This document shows positions 9,494-17,707 of a DNA stretch of 32,000 nucleotides, piece by piece (within the stretch, counting starts at the first letter, position 1; each line of letters begins with the position of its first letter). Source of the stretch: Lachnospiraceae bacterium. Its GTDB lineage: Bacteria > Bacillota > Clostridia > Lachnospirales > Lachnospiraceae. Made by a program: the position numbers and the translations under genes. The notes below the pieces were generated by a model. It was not told the origin of the DNA. It worked only from the letters and a program-made list of their open reading frames with translations, and ran no database searches. Location: assembly GCA_017483735.1 (NCBI GenBank), contig JAFUVF010000064.1, positions 45,405 through 77,404 of the forward strand. Reading direction: 5' to 3'.

Positions 9494-10641
9494 ATTGATT
9501 TGAATGCAGGTACAAATACCGGGAAGGATGCGTTGCCCTTAAGCTCCTTGCCGGAGCCTATGGTAACATTCTTGTCCGTAATTACATAGTCCACATCAGC
9601 ATTACCCATAATAGTCGTATCATACATAATGACGGAGTTTCTGACTACAGCTCCCTTTCCAATCTTTACACCCTTGAATATCACACAATTCTCAACCTCT
9701 CCCTCGATGACACAGCCGTCTGCCACCATGGAATTTCTGACTCTTGCCTTGCCGATATATCTTGTGGGGTTGTCGTCCCTTACCCTTGTGTATATGGGCG
9801 AGGGCTTGAAGAGCGCATCAAGATTCTCGTCGTCCAAAAGCTTAAGATTCTCGTTGAAGTAGCTCAGCATATCGGTAATCCTTGCGGTATATCCCTCGTA
9901 ATTGTACCCATATATCTTAAGCTCATCAAGCTTAGGAGAAAGGATATCCCTCTCAAAGAATACATAGCCTGCCGCATAAGCCTTTTCGATAAGCTCTATC
10001 AGAAGCTCTCTCTTTAAAAGATAGATGTTCATGGAGAGATTCTGCGCCCCCAGATCCTTGGGATTGGTCTGAATCTCAGAAACCCTTCCGGTATCGTCAA
10101 GCTTTAAGGTATAGTAAAGGTCAGTCGTCACGGTTGGCTGAAGATTCATAAAGCCATAGGGGATGGGTTCGCTCTTGTATGCAATCGTAACATCCGCATC
10201 GTTATTTATATGAGCCTTAAGCATTGCCTTGAAGTCAAAGTTCATCACGATATTTGCATCGCTGATGAACACATAATCCTCACTCTGCTGCTTTAAGAAG
10301 GTAAGGATACTTGCAAGAGCCTCCACACGTCCGTTATATACCTTGACAGTCTTCTCCGCAAAGGGAGGCACAATATTGAGACCGCCGTTTTTGCGGGAGA
10401 GATCCCACTCTCTGCCGTTGCCGAGATGCCTCATAAGGGAACGATAATTCTTTCGTACAATTATAGACACATTGTCAATATTGTTGTTTACAAGGCTCGA
10501 AAGGATAAAGTCGATAATCCTGTATCTTCCGGCAAAGGGAATTGAAGCCATAAGTCTTTCATTTACAAGGGAAGGCACCTCATTGTCGTAGCTGTTTGGA
10601 AAGATAATGGCAAGAGCACTTTTATTTGCATTTACTTTCAT
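9490..10641 (-). CDS. glgD: Glucose-1-phosphate adenylyltransferase, GlgD (regulatory) subunit
   Basis: 383 aa. A GlgC paralogue lacking the GGxGxRL signature ([12 protein letters not shown]...[19 protein letters not shown]) with a C-terminal left-handed beta-helix. Its start overlaps the glgC stop by 4 nt. Confidence 0.9.
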   Translation of the reverse strand: MKVNANKSALAIIFPNSYDNEVPSLVNERLMASIPFAGRYRIIDFILSSLVNNNIDNVSIIVRKNYRSLMRHLGNGREWDLSRKNGGLNIVPPFAEKTVKVYNGRVEALASILTFLKQQSEDYVFISDANIVMNFDFKAMLKAHINNDADVTIAYKSEPIPYGFMNLQPTVTTDLYYTLKLDDTGRVSEIQTNPKDLGAQNLSMNIYLLKRELLIELIEKAYAAGYVFFERDILSPKLDELKIYGYNYEGYTARITDMLSYFNENLKLLDDENLDALFKPSPIYTRVRDDNPTRYIGKARVRNSMVADGCVIEGEVENCVIFKGVKIGKGAVVRNSVIMYDTTIMGNADVDYVITDKNVTIGSGKELKGNASFPVFVPAFKSI

Positions 10642-11843
10642 ACTGTTTCACCATCCTTTACATCAGTGTCTACCATAGCCTGAGGACCTACTATCGCACC
10701 CTCGCCCACATGGACGCCGGGACCTATAGTAGCAACTCCCTTCTCTCCGCCGACAGGCATTGCGCCCACGGTGGCATTTTTCTCTATGACAGCATTTTCA
10801 GCCACAATGCAATGCGAAACCTTTGCACCTGCCTTAATCACAACATTGCTCATTACAACGGCATCATGAACCTCAGCACCCTGCTCCACCGTAACACCGG
10901 AGAAGAGGATGGAGTGATTGACCGTTCCGTGTATGCGGCAGCCATCGGTTATCATAGCATTCTCAATGGTAGCCGTAGTTCCTATCTTATGTCCCGTATG
11001 CCCCGAGTTTCTCGAGTAAATCTTCCAGTCATCATCAAAGAGATTGATGCCTGAATGGTCCGGATCCATTATCTCCATATTCGCTTCCCAGAGGGATGAT
11101 ATAGTACCTACATCCTTCCAGTAGCCGTTGAAGTGATATGCATACATACTTATGCCGTCACGCAGAAGCATAGGGATGACATCATTTCCGAAGTCATTGG
11201 AGGATGCCTCGTTTCTCTCATCCGCAGAGAGATACTTGTAAAGCACATCCGCATTGAAAATATAGATACCCATGGAAGCAAGGTTCGACTTCGGCTCCTT
11301 GGGCTTCTCCTGGAACTCCGTAATCTTGTCGTTCTCGTCGGCTACCATTAGACCGAAGCGGCTCGCCTCCTCCCAAGGCACCTCCATTACAGCTACGGAG
11401 AACTCGGCATTCTTTGCCTTGTGGAACTCCAAAAAGTCATTGTAATCCTGCTTGCATATCTGGTCTCCGGAGAGGATGATGACATATTTCGGGTCATATC
11501 TCTTTATGAAGGGGAGGTTCTGATATATAGCATTTGCGGTACCCTTGTACCAATCGGAATTCTCCGCCTGCTGATAAGGTGGAAGTACATGTACTCCGCC
11601 GTAGGTACGGTCGAGATCCCAGGGCTGTCCGTTGCCTACATACTCGTTTAATACAAGTGGCTGGTACTGCGTGAGGATTCCCACGGTATCTATGCCTGAA
11701 TTGACGCAGTTCGACAGCGGAAAGTCGATAATACGATATTTCCCGCCGAAAGGTACTGCGGGTTTGGCAAGGTTTTGAGTCAGAGCATAAAGCCTTGATC
11801 CCTGTCCCCCGGCCAAGATCATTGCAACAATTTCTTTTGCCAT
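10638..11843 (-). CDS. glgC: Glucose-1-phosphate adenylyltransferase
   Basis: 401 aa. Motifs [34 protein letters not shown] and [21 protein letters not shown]. Confidence 0.95.
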   Translation of the reverse strand: MAKEIVAMILAGGQGSRLYALTQNLAKPAVPFGGKYRIIDFPLSNCVNSGIDTVGILTQYQPLVLNEYVGNGQPWDLDRTYGGVHVLPPYQQAENSDWYKGTANAIYQNLPFIKRYDPKYVIILSGDQICKQDYNDFLEFHKAKNAEFSVAVMEVPWEEASRFGLMVADENDKITEFQEKPKEPKSNLASMGIYIFNADVLYKYLSADERNEASSNDFGNDVIPMLLRDGISMYAYHFNGYWKDVGTISSLWEANMEIMDPDHSGINLFDDDWKIYSRNSGHTGHKIGTTATIENAMITDGCRIHGTVNHSILFSGVTVEQGAEVHDAVVMSNVVIKAGAKVSHCIVAENAVIEKNATVGAMPVGGEKGVATIGPGVHVGEGAIVGPQAMVDTDVKDGETV

Positions 11844-11881
11844 ATCGCTTCTCCTTTACAGAATTTTGTTTAGCACCATAA

Positions 11882-11910
11882 ATGATAGCATAATTGTGTA
11901 TATTTTACAA
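11882..11910 (-). promoter_or_regulatory. Candidate glgCD promoter
   Basis: Minus strand reads TTGTAA, 17 nt, TGcTATCAT, about 40 nt upstream of the glgC ATG. Confidence 0.5.
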
Positions 11911-11979
11911 GATAAAAAGCACAATTCAGAAAATTTTTGGTTAATTTGACGAACTTTTTTTGTGGGAGATTCCAACCTT

Positions 11980-12993
11980 TTATTTAGCTCTACCATCCTC
12001 CATCTCAAGAATAAATAATAATTCCTTGCTTGAATTTTTGTTTCCTTTTCCCGTCACTTGATAATTGTGCTTCTTCTCCTTAATTACAACACTTCCGTAA
12101 TTTCTGAGCATTGCCTCAATTTCGTCCGGTTTGGGATGAACTCGTGTATTCTGACTCAATACTATATACTGTGTTTTTCCCGCCAACTCCTTAATCAGCT
12201 TATCCATATTGCTGAGGAAACTGGACTTCTGCGTATAATCGACATGCCTTCTCCTCTTATCAAACATTTCGTCAAACATACCATAGAATGCATCATAATT
12301 GTTCATAGTTGAAGGATATGGCGGATCCATATAGACCACATCTACAAAATCAATTTTCCTGACCATATCCAATGCATCACAGTTGTATACCTTGCATTCT
12401 TTCCCTGCAAAAACCGCATTGTTGTATTCATCAATATTTTCACGAATATGACTTTCAAAGGATTGATTATGATATGCTCTTTTTCTTTTGTATTTCATAT
12501 AGCTGTAATCTTCATCACGTAATTTCTGAATCTGCTCCCATGGCACGTTCATTCTGGAGTACGGAAGCTTCCTTATCATTGCCCTGCGAATCAAGGCAAG
12601 CAGCATATATTTTTCATATCCCTTTAAAGCCTCGGCAATTGCCGCTAACCGGCTCAATTCCCTTACTTCTTCCGTGTAATATAAGCATTCCGCAAGAAAC
12701 ACAAATTTTTTTTCTAACTCTTCTACTCTTTTTTCATTTATCTTTTTTTCAAATACACTTTCTCGCAACCTTGTATCCGAATTTTCTATCAATGCCTTGG
12801 CTATTACGTAGTCAGCATACAATATATCGTTTACAACAACCGAATATCCATATTTCTTCAACGCATACGACACGGAACAGCCGCCGGCAAATATGTCCAA
12901 TACCATACCGTTTTTTACCGGCATTTCTTCTATTATCCAATCAGCTAGCTTCTCTTTGTTCCCTATATAGTTTACCTTCGGATATTTTGCCAT
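11980..12993 (-). CDS. N6-adenine DNA methyltransferase, D12 (Dam-like, alpha) class
   Basis: 337 aa. N-terminal NYIGNK...DIFAGGCSVS (AdoMet motif I region) and catalytic motif VVYMDPPY about 190 aa later. Strong SD (GAGGAGG, 9 nt spacing) lies inside the 3' end of the upstream m5C methyltransferase gene. Confidence 0.85.
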   Translation of the reverse strand: MAKYPKVNYIGNKEKLADWIIEEMPVKNGMVLDIFAGGCSVSYALKKYGYSVVVNDILYADYVIAKALIENSDTRLRESVFEKKINEKRVEELEKKFVFLAECLYYTEEVRELSRLAAIAEALKGYEKYMLLALIRRAMIRKLPYSRMNVPWEQIQKLRDEDYSYMKYKRKRAYHNQSFESHIRENIDEYNNAVFAGKECKVYNCDALDMVRKIDFVDVVYMDPPYPSTMNNYDAFYGMFDEMFDKRRRHVDYTQKSSFLSNMDKLIKELAGKTQYIVLSQNTRVHPKPDEIEAMLRNYGSVVIKEKKHNYQVTGKGNKNSSKELLFILEMEDGRAK

Positions 12994-13987
12994 TATCCAG
13001 TGCCTCCTCTACCTTTAAAGCAATCTGATATGCCAGCTTAGGTGGCACAGCATTGCCTATCTGCTGTTGAATCTGAATAGAGGTGCCTTCAAAAACAAAA
13101 TCATCCGGAAACGACTGTATGCGTGCAAGTTCTCTTGCGGTCAAAGCTCTATTCTGTTCATAATGAAAAATCTTTCTCATATCGCCGGTTACACATACTG
13201 ATGGCTTTGTACTGTCGTACCTGATATATTTTCTAATATCGCCGGACTTTGGTCTTAACTCTTTAGGTATATCCATACGATTTCCGCCATCCTTAACATA
13301 GCTCATCTTTTCCAGCATTTGAACACTATGCTTCATAGCCGTGTGATTCGGAATTTCACTTCCCTGCCCGCTCTCCAGCTTAGGCAAATCATCAATAACA
13401 GCTTTAATCGGAATCACTTCGTCAGTTTTTTTCGGATACGAAAATTCTGAAGCTATGTCGCTTCTAATACCGACAACAACTATCCTTCTTCTCTCCTGTG
13501 CAATGCCATAATTTGCGCTGTTCAAAACCTCATATTTGACCCTATAACCACATCCAGCATTTTCAAATGCTTTTATGATAGTTTTTATGGTTTTTCCTTT
13601 CAAATGTGTTGCCATTGCAGCCACATTCTCCATAACAAACATTCTTGGCTTTACGTATGCTACAAAGCGCACGAATTCCTTAAATAGCTTGTTCCTTTCA
13701 TCATCAATGAACGTTCTTCCGATATTACCCGCTATAGAAAAGCCCTGGCAGGGCGGTCCGCCTATAATAACGTCAACTTCATTATTTCCAACAAGTTCTT
13801 TAATCCTGTTATTATCAATATTCCTTATATCATCAATAATCAAATTGTGTTTCGGAAAATTTCGTGCATATGTTTTGGCAAAATCCGCATTATATTCTAC
13901 AGCAAAAACATTTTCAAAATGAGCGCTGTCAAAACCTAATGATAATCCCCCTGCACCACAAAACAAATCTATGTATTTATATGCCAT
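12941..13987 (-). CDS. DNA (cytosine-5)-methyltransferase
   Basis: 348 aa with all canonical m5C motifs: I DLFCGAGGLSLGF, IV GGPPCQGFS, VI FVMENV, VIII QERRRIVVVG, IX TARELARIQSFPDDF, X GNAVPP. Its start overlaps the upstream stop (TAATG). Confidence 0.95.
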   Translation of the reverse strand: MAYKYIDLFCGAGGLSLGFDSAHFENVFAVEYNADFAKTYARNFPKHNLIIDDIRNIDNNRIKELVGNNEVDVIIGGPPCQGFSIAGNIGRTFIDDERNKLFKEFVRFVAYVKPRMFVMENVAAMATHLKGKTIKTIIKAFENAGCGYRVKYEVLNSANYGIAQERRRIVVVGIRSDIASEFSYPKKTDEVIPIKAVIDDLPKLESGQGSEIPNHTAMKHSVQMLEKMSYVKDGGNRMDIPKELRPKSGDIRKYIRYDSTKPSVCVTGDMRKIFHYEQNRALTARELARIQSFPDDFVFEGTSIQIQQQIGNAVPPKLAYQIALKVEEALDNGKISEGKLYREQREAS

Positions 13988-14421
13988 TATTCTTTTCCTC
14001 CATTTTTCAACTCAAACAATCGCCTATGATATTCTAAATATCTTTTTCTCCGTTCATTTAAGACACTTTCATCTAACTTCATCTGCTCAAAATCCATGCG
14101 CACAGCTTCAGCAACATTTTTTCCGACCAATACAGTACCATCATCGGCAAATGATATGTCCTTCTTATCAAAATATGAATCTGCTGTCGGACTCAACAGC
14201 AAACCATTATCCACATCATACGCCTGATCTTCTCTATGCTCTTTCAAACAATCTATACAAGGTTTAATATGTGATGCAATCAACACATTGTATGGCTTCT
14301 TATCCAAATAACATACAGTCCCACCATAAATCGACTTTGACTCTTCTTTCAATTCTTCTTTATAAATTCTATGTTTTACACCATCTCTGACAAAAAGACT
14401 CATCAAAATCTTTATCTGCAA
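13987..14421 (-). CDS. Fragment 3: HNH nuclease domain (HNH_2-like)
   Basis: Pattern ...YGGTVCYLDKK...LIASHIKP...DVDNGLLLSPTADSYFDKKDISF, matching the His...Asn-Gly-Leu...Phe-Asp layout of HNH nucleases found in restriction enzymes. The ORF-track start is TTG, the first ATG is at 14403, and there is no SD. Confidence 0.55.
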   Translation of the reverse strand: MQIKILMSLFVRDGVKHRIYKEELKEESKSIYGGTVCYLDKKPYNVLIASHIKPCIDCLKEHREDQAYDVDNGLLLSPTADSYFDKKDISFADDGTVLVGKNVAEAVRMDFEQMKLDESVLNERRKRYLEYHRRLFELKNGGKE

Positions 14422-14887
14422 TCACCGGATCATTTGCGAACCAAAACCTTTCCTCATTTTTATTGTATTTCAAATCCACAAAATGTTTCAAATATCCAAT
14501 TAAATGTGCTATCTGATTATATTTTCTTTCATCAAATTCACAAATCTTAGCATACTGATACTGCGTATCCAGCTCATCCCTCGTAAGGTATCCCTTACTA
14601 TAATTTGATATGTCAGTTACCATCAGCGCCATAATATCATTTTTATTAAGCGAACCGTTTTTATCCAATGTCTTTAACAAAAAATTAACATGCTTCAAAT
14701 TTCTATGGTCTAATGTAACATCTGATGCTAATGAAGAACATTCATAGAATATCTTTGAAAAGATAATTTTCTTCTTTTCTTTATTCGTTTCAAGGATAAA
14801 TGACTTCACTAAAGGATGGTATCCTACTAAGAACGGATAAACAAAACCAATCTTAACAAATTGATTAATGGCTTTTCTGGCTGACAA
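14369..14887 (-). CDS. Fragment 2 (172 aa) of the nuclease-like frame; possible DNA-recognition domain
   Basis: In frame with fragment 1. Its start is a TTG with only a weak purine-rich stretch upstream. No catalytic motif recognised. Confidence 0.4.
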   Translation of the reverse strand: MSARKAINQFVKIGFVYPFLVGYHPLVKSFILETNKEKKKIIFSKIFYECSSLASDVTLDHRNLKHVNFLLKTLDKNGSLNKNDIMALMVTDISNYSKGYLTRDELDTQYQYAKICEFDERKYNQIAHLIGYLKHFVDLKYNKNEERFWFANDPVIADKDFDESFCQRWCKT

Positions 14888-14926
14888 GGTGGCATCTCTA
14901 CCTTTAAAGCCAGATATATCTACAAT

Positions 14927-15139
14927 CTACTGCTGAAGCACCTTATATAACTCTGAATCAGAGAAGCTACTGCTGTTCTGTGCATTTTTCTCCAAAGTCT
15001 CTTTGTTTTTATCTATAAAACGTATAATTACATTAAGACAATTATTAAATTTGGTTCCTGTAATATCTAAATGCGCCGCTGTAAACTTCCAATAATTTTC
15101 ATATACTTCCACATCTCGTCTTTTCTTCGTGCTACTCAC
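14927..15139 (-). CDS. Fragment 1 (70 aa) of the nuclease-like frame, or a small hypothetical protein
   Basis: GTG start preceded by GGAGTG (5-nt spacer) and a near-consensus promoter. Ends at TAG. No recognisable motif. Confidence 0.45.
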   Translation of the reverse strand: MSSTKKRRDVEVYENYWKFTAAHLDITGTKFNNCLNVIIRFIDKNKETLEKNAQNSSSFSDSELYKVLQQ

Positions 15140-15185
15140 AATATCACTCCTACAATGTAATTGTATCTTTTTCTCTTATACTTTT

Positions 15186-15214
15186 ATTATATTCGTCTGC
15201 CAAAATACTTGCAA
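15186..15214 (-). promoter_or_regulatory. Promoter of the R-M-like cassette
   Basis: Minus strand reads TTGCAA (15209-15214), 17 nt, TATAAT (15186-15191), about 45 nt upstream of the GTG start. Confidence 0.55.
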
Positions 15215-15292
15215 GGATTTTTTGCAAACATTTGTTCTTTTTGCTTCATTGCATTTTCTCAAATGCAGGTTTGAATGCTTATATCCGAAATG

Positions 15293-15330
15293 CAAAAAGA
15301 GCCCCGCCGGTAACCTTGGGAGCTCTTTTA
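15293..15330 (-). terminator. Rho-independent terminator of rplM-rpsI
   Basis: Stem AGAGCCCC (15298-15305) / GGGAGCTCT (15318-15326, one bulged A) about 25 nt after the rpsI stop. An A5 run on + (15294-15298) gives a U-run on the minus transcript. Confidence 0.7.
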
Positions 15331-15354
15331 TATATTCTTACTTTGCAGATTGAA

Positions 15355-15759
15355 TTATCGTTTGCTGAACTGGGGCGCTCTTCTTGCAGCCTTCAAGCCG
15401 TACTTCTTCCTCTCCTTCATACGAGGGTCTCTTGTGAGGAAGCCTTCCTTCTTTAAGGTAGGTCTGAAGTCATTGTCCACCTCAAGGAGCGCTCTTGCGA
15501 TACCGTGGCGGATTGCTCCTGCCTGTCCGGTATAGCCGCCACCCTTAACGTTTACAAGGATGTCGAACTTTCCTTCATTACCGGTAGCAACGAGAGGCTG
15601 ACGAACGATAACCTTCAAAACCTCCTGTCCGAGGTACTCGTCGATGTCTCTCTTATTTATGGTAATCTTTCCCTTTCCGGGGGTAAGATATACACGGGCG
15701 ATAGCCTTCTTTCTTCTGCCGGTTCCGTAATATCTTTCTACATTCTTAGCCTTAGCCAT
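15355..15759 (-). CDS. rpsI: 30S ribosomal protein S9
   Basis: 134 aa. Contains [14 protein letters not shown]...[19 protein letters not shown] and the C-terminal [16 protein letters not shown]. Confidence 0.97.
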   Translation of the reverse strand: MAKAKNVERYYGTGRRKKAIARVYLTPGKGKITINKRDIDEYLGQEVLKVIVRQPLVATGNEGKFDILVNVKGGGYTGQAGAIRHGIARALLEVDNDFRPTLKKEGFLTRDPRMKERKKYGLKAARRAPQFSKR

Positions 15760-15786
15760 TTTTCAAATATCCTCCTTTCGTTTCCT

Positions 15787-16215
15787 TTAGACTTCCAACG
15801 CTTCGGGCTTCTGTGCAGCATGGTCATGCTCAGGTCCCACATATACGTGAAGCTTTGTGTACATCTGTCTGCCTAAAGGTCCCTTGGGAAGCATACCCTT
15901 TACAGCATGCTCAACGACACGCTCGGGGTGCTTTGCAAGCATCTCCTTAAGAGTGGTTTCCTTCATTCCGCCTACATAATCGGAATGCTTGTAATAAATC
16001 TTCTGCTCAAGCTTCTTTCCCGTAACCTTTACCTTCTCGGCGTTGACTACGATAACATAGTCGCCGGTGTCGATATTGGGGGTAAACTCGGGCTTATTCT
16101 TTCCTCTGAGTACGGCAGCCACCTGAGTTGCAAGACGTCCTAAATTCTTGCCCTCAGCGTCTACCACGTACCACTTCCTATCAATAGCAGCCGCATTTGG
16201 CATATAAGTCTTCAT
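15787..16215 (-). CDS. rplM: 50S ribosomal protein L13
   Basis: 142 aa. Contains [33 protein letters not shown] and [18 protein letters not shown]. Confidence 0.97.
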   Translation of the reverse strand: MKTYMPNAAAIDRKWYVVDAEGKNLGRLATQVAAVLRGKNKPEFTPNIDTGDYVIVVNAEKVKVTGKKLEQKIYYKHSDYVGGMKETTLKEMLAKHPERVVEHAVKGMLPKGPLGRQMYTKLHVYVGPEHDHAAQKPEALEV

Positions 16216-16300
16216 TGTATTCCTCCGTCAAAATCACAAGTTTCAATGTTCTGCACAGGTCTGATACAGATGTCCGGGCCGTATGTCCACCTACGCAATG
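16216..16300 (-). promoter_or_regulatory. rplM 5' UTR with a predicted stem (possible L13 leader)
   Basis: The roughly 85-nt leader contains GCGUAGGU...ACCUGUGC (8 bp including two G.U pairs) enclosing about 28 nt. An L13 autoregulatory leader is known upstream of rplM in Firmicutes. I cannot verify the consensus by eye. Confidence 0.3.
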
Positions 16301-16304
16301 ATTG

Positions 16305-16333
16305 ATTTTACTATAAGAAGTAAAATGTGTCAA
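16305..16333 (-). promoter_or_regulatory. rplM-rpsI promoter
   Basis: Minus strand reads TTGACA (16328-16333), 17 nt, TAAAAT (16305-16310). Confidence 0.6.
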
Positions 16334-16364
16334 CCACAAAATACGGATTTATTACGCAGATTTA

Positions 16365-17066
16365 TTACGCATTATTTTCATCTGCCGTCACAATCTCATC
16401 CGAGAAAATATGCTCATCATCTGCTCCCTTGTCAACCGTTTCGTGGGTCTCGGCATACTGGGCTTCCAGTTTTTTGAAGGTCTTATTATAAAGCACCGCA
16501 TCAAAAAGCGCCGGCACAGAGAATCCGAACACCACAGCCAGAGGCAGTATCCTTATGGAAATCATAAAGATATATATCGGCGTAGGCATCATTATTATCA
16601 TAAGTATAGTTTTCGGAAACTGCATTATGCTTATTACAAAGGCATTTTTTATGGTTCTTCCTATGGGATTTGCGAATTTTGCCTGCACCGGAAATACCAT
16701 TACAAATGTAAAAAGCACAAATACCGCTATCACAACTATCGCCACCTGCACTATCTTTGATATTTCAAGCCCCTGCTTTACTATCGCATAATAGTCCACG
16801 AAAAGAACGGCAAACATTGCGACAAAGATAAGCCATATCCCAGTGGACTGCAGAAAATTTTCCTTGAAGGATTTCCAGTAATCCTTTGTTATATAGCACT
16901 CCTCGCCTCGAATCATCTTTAATGCCACGTAATGCAGTGCCGTAAAGGATGCCCCTATGGTAAATAGCGGAATGCTGAATACAATGGTCAATATATTCAG
17001 CCACATAAGATCTGCTATCTTATTTAAGGTCTGTATCAAAGGTCCATCTATATCGAGTATTTTCAT
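16365..17066 (-). CDS. YesL-like (DUF624) integral membrane protein
   Basis: 233 aa. N-terminus LNKIADLMWLNILTIVFSIPLFTIGASFTALHYVALKMIRGEE...YWKSFKENF is typical of DUF624. Several TM helices. 4-nt overlap with the upstream GNAT gene. Confidence 0.75.
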   Translation of the reverse strand: MKILDIDGPLIQTLNKIADLMWLNILTIVFSIPLFTIGASFTALHYVALKMIRGEECYITKDYWKSFKENFLQSTGIWLIFVAMFAVLFVDYYAIVKQGLEISKIVQVAIVVIAVFVLFTFVMVFPVQAKFANPIGRTIKNAFVISIMQFPKTILMIIMMPTPIYIFMISIRILPLAVVFGFSVPALFDAVLYNKTFKKLEAQYAETHETVDKGADDEHIFSDEIVTADENNA

Positions 17067-17530
17067 AATTTTTTCTCCATCGGTATATATTCTATCCCGC
17101 CCACGATCTCCTCGCTGCCGGTTTCCTCAAAGCCATATATTTTATAGAACGCATGAGCATAGGGCGCAGCATTTACGGTAATACTTGCCTCCCCCTCCTC
17201 ATTCTTAAGGTATGTGCAGAGCTTGTCCAATATATTCCTGCCTATTCCCTGAAGATGATAATTTTCGTCCACAAAGAGAAGGGACAGGTGATTTCTGTTC
17301 CTTATGCTGCCCGCACCCACTATCTTTTTCTTATTGTTGTCGTATGCGACCATCATCTGGTATCTTCCTGCTTCGAAGGCTTGTCGTATCTTCGGGTCAA
17401 AGACGAACTCGAAGAAGTGCTTTACGCCTTCTTCGTTGTAGGTCTGTCCTTCGAATTTAAGAAAGGTGTTCCAGATCATCATAGTGGTTTCGGACCACTC
17501 TTCTTTTTTTGCCCAGCGTATGTCATACAT
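17063..17530 (-). CDS. GNAT family N-acetyltransferase
   Basis: 155 aa. Acetyl-CoA motif A LFVDENYHLQGIGRNILDKL, and a C-terminal YKIYGFEE. Confidence 0.85.
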   Translation of the reverse strand: MYDIRWAKKEEWSETTMMIWNTFLKFEGQTYNEEGVKHFFEFVFDPKIRQAFEAGRYQMMVAYDNNKKKIVGAGSIRNRNHLSLLFVDENYHLQGIGRNILDKLCTYLKNEEGEASITVNAAPYAHAFYKIYGFEETGSEEIVGGIEYIPMEKKL

Positions 17531-17547
17531 TTTGAATGTTCAACTCC

Positions 17548-17679
17548 GCAAGCTGCCTCATATGCAGAACGGGTAACCGCTTTCGCTTGTGTCCTCACGT
17601 AGCGGTACTAAGCTCGAAAAGACCTCGCTAAGTACCGACGTTGCGGATGTTACCCTAACCTGCATATGGTCACGCTTGC
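17548..17679. other. Extended imperfect palindrome: candidate structured RNA or MITE/REP-like element (unassigned)
   Basis: Nested inverted repeats: GCAAGC/GCTTGC (17548-53 / 17674-79), CATATGCAG/CTGCATATG (17559-67 / 17660-68), GGGTAAC/GTTACCC (17571-77 / 17649-55), GGTACTAAGC/GCTAAGTACC (17604-13 / 17627-36, one mismatch). Occupies most of the 177-nt metG-GNAT spacer. Confidence 0.4.
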
Positions 17680-17707
17680 TCATTCTACGTTATAATTTTT
17701 ATCCTTC

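Larger units (their letters stand above)
13987..15139 (-). pseudogene. HNH-type restriction-endonuclease-like gene, apparently disrupted by an in-frame TAG and a 1-nt frameshift (or split into three ORFs)
   Basis: Three collinear ORFs. The first two share one frame and are separated only by TAG (14927-14929). The second and third are joined by removing one T from a T5 run (A5 at 14392-14396 on +). Only the first ORF has a promoter and SD. An HNH motif sits in the last piece. Confidence 0.55.

Noticed and set aside
14927-14929. In-frame TAG as a recoded (pyrrolysine) codon or programmed read-through.
   Set aside because: No pyl genes or PYLIS-like context are visible in the window, and TAG is used as a genuine stop elsewhere (for example 9491-9493). 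The same gene also carries a frameshift, so decay or sequencing error is more parsimonious.
15129-15535. Small + strand ORFs (61-74 aa) in and around the rpsI/R-M intergenic region.
   Set aside because: They overlap the rpsI coding region or its terminator and the R-M promoter. They have no SD and hydrophobic, low-complexity translations.
17565-17586. GGGTAACCGC resembling the T-box sequence next to metG.
   Set aside because: It lacks the GGUGG core that pairs with the tRNA acceptor end. It lies downstream of metG, not upstream. No specifier-loop architecture or terminator/antiterminator alternative is visible.
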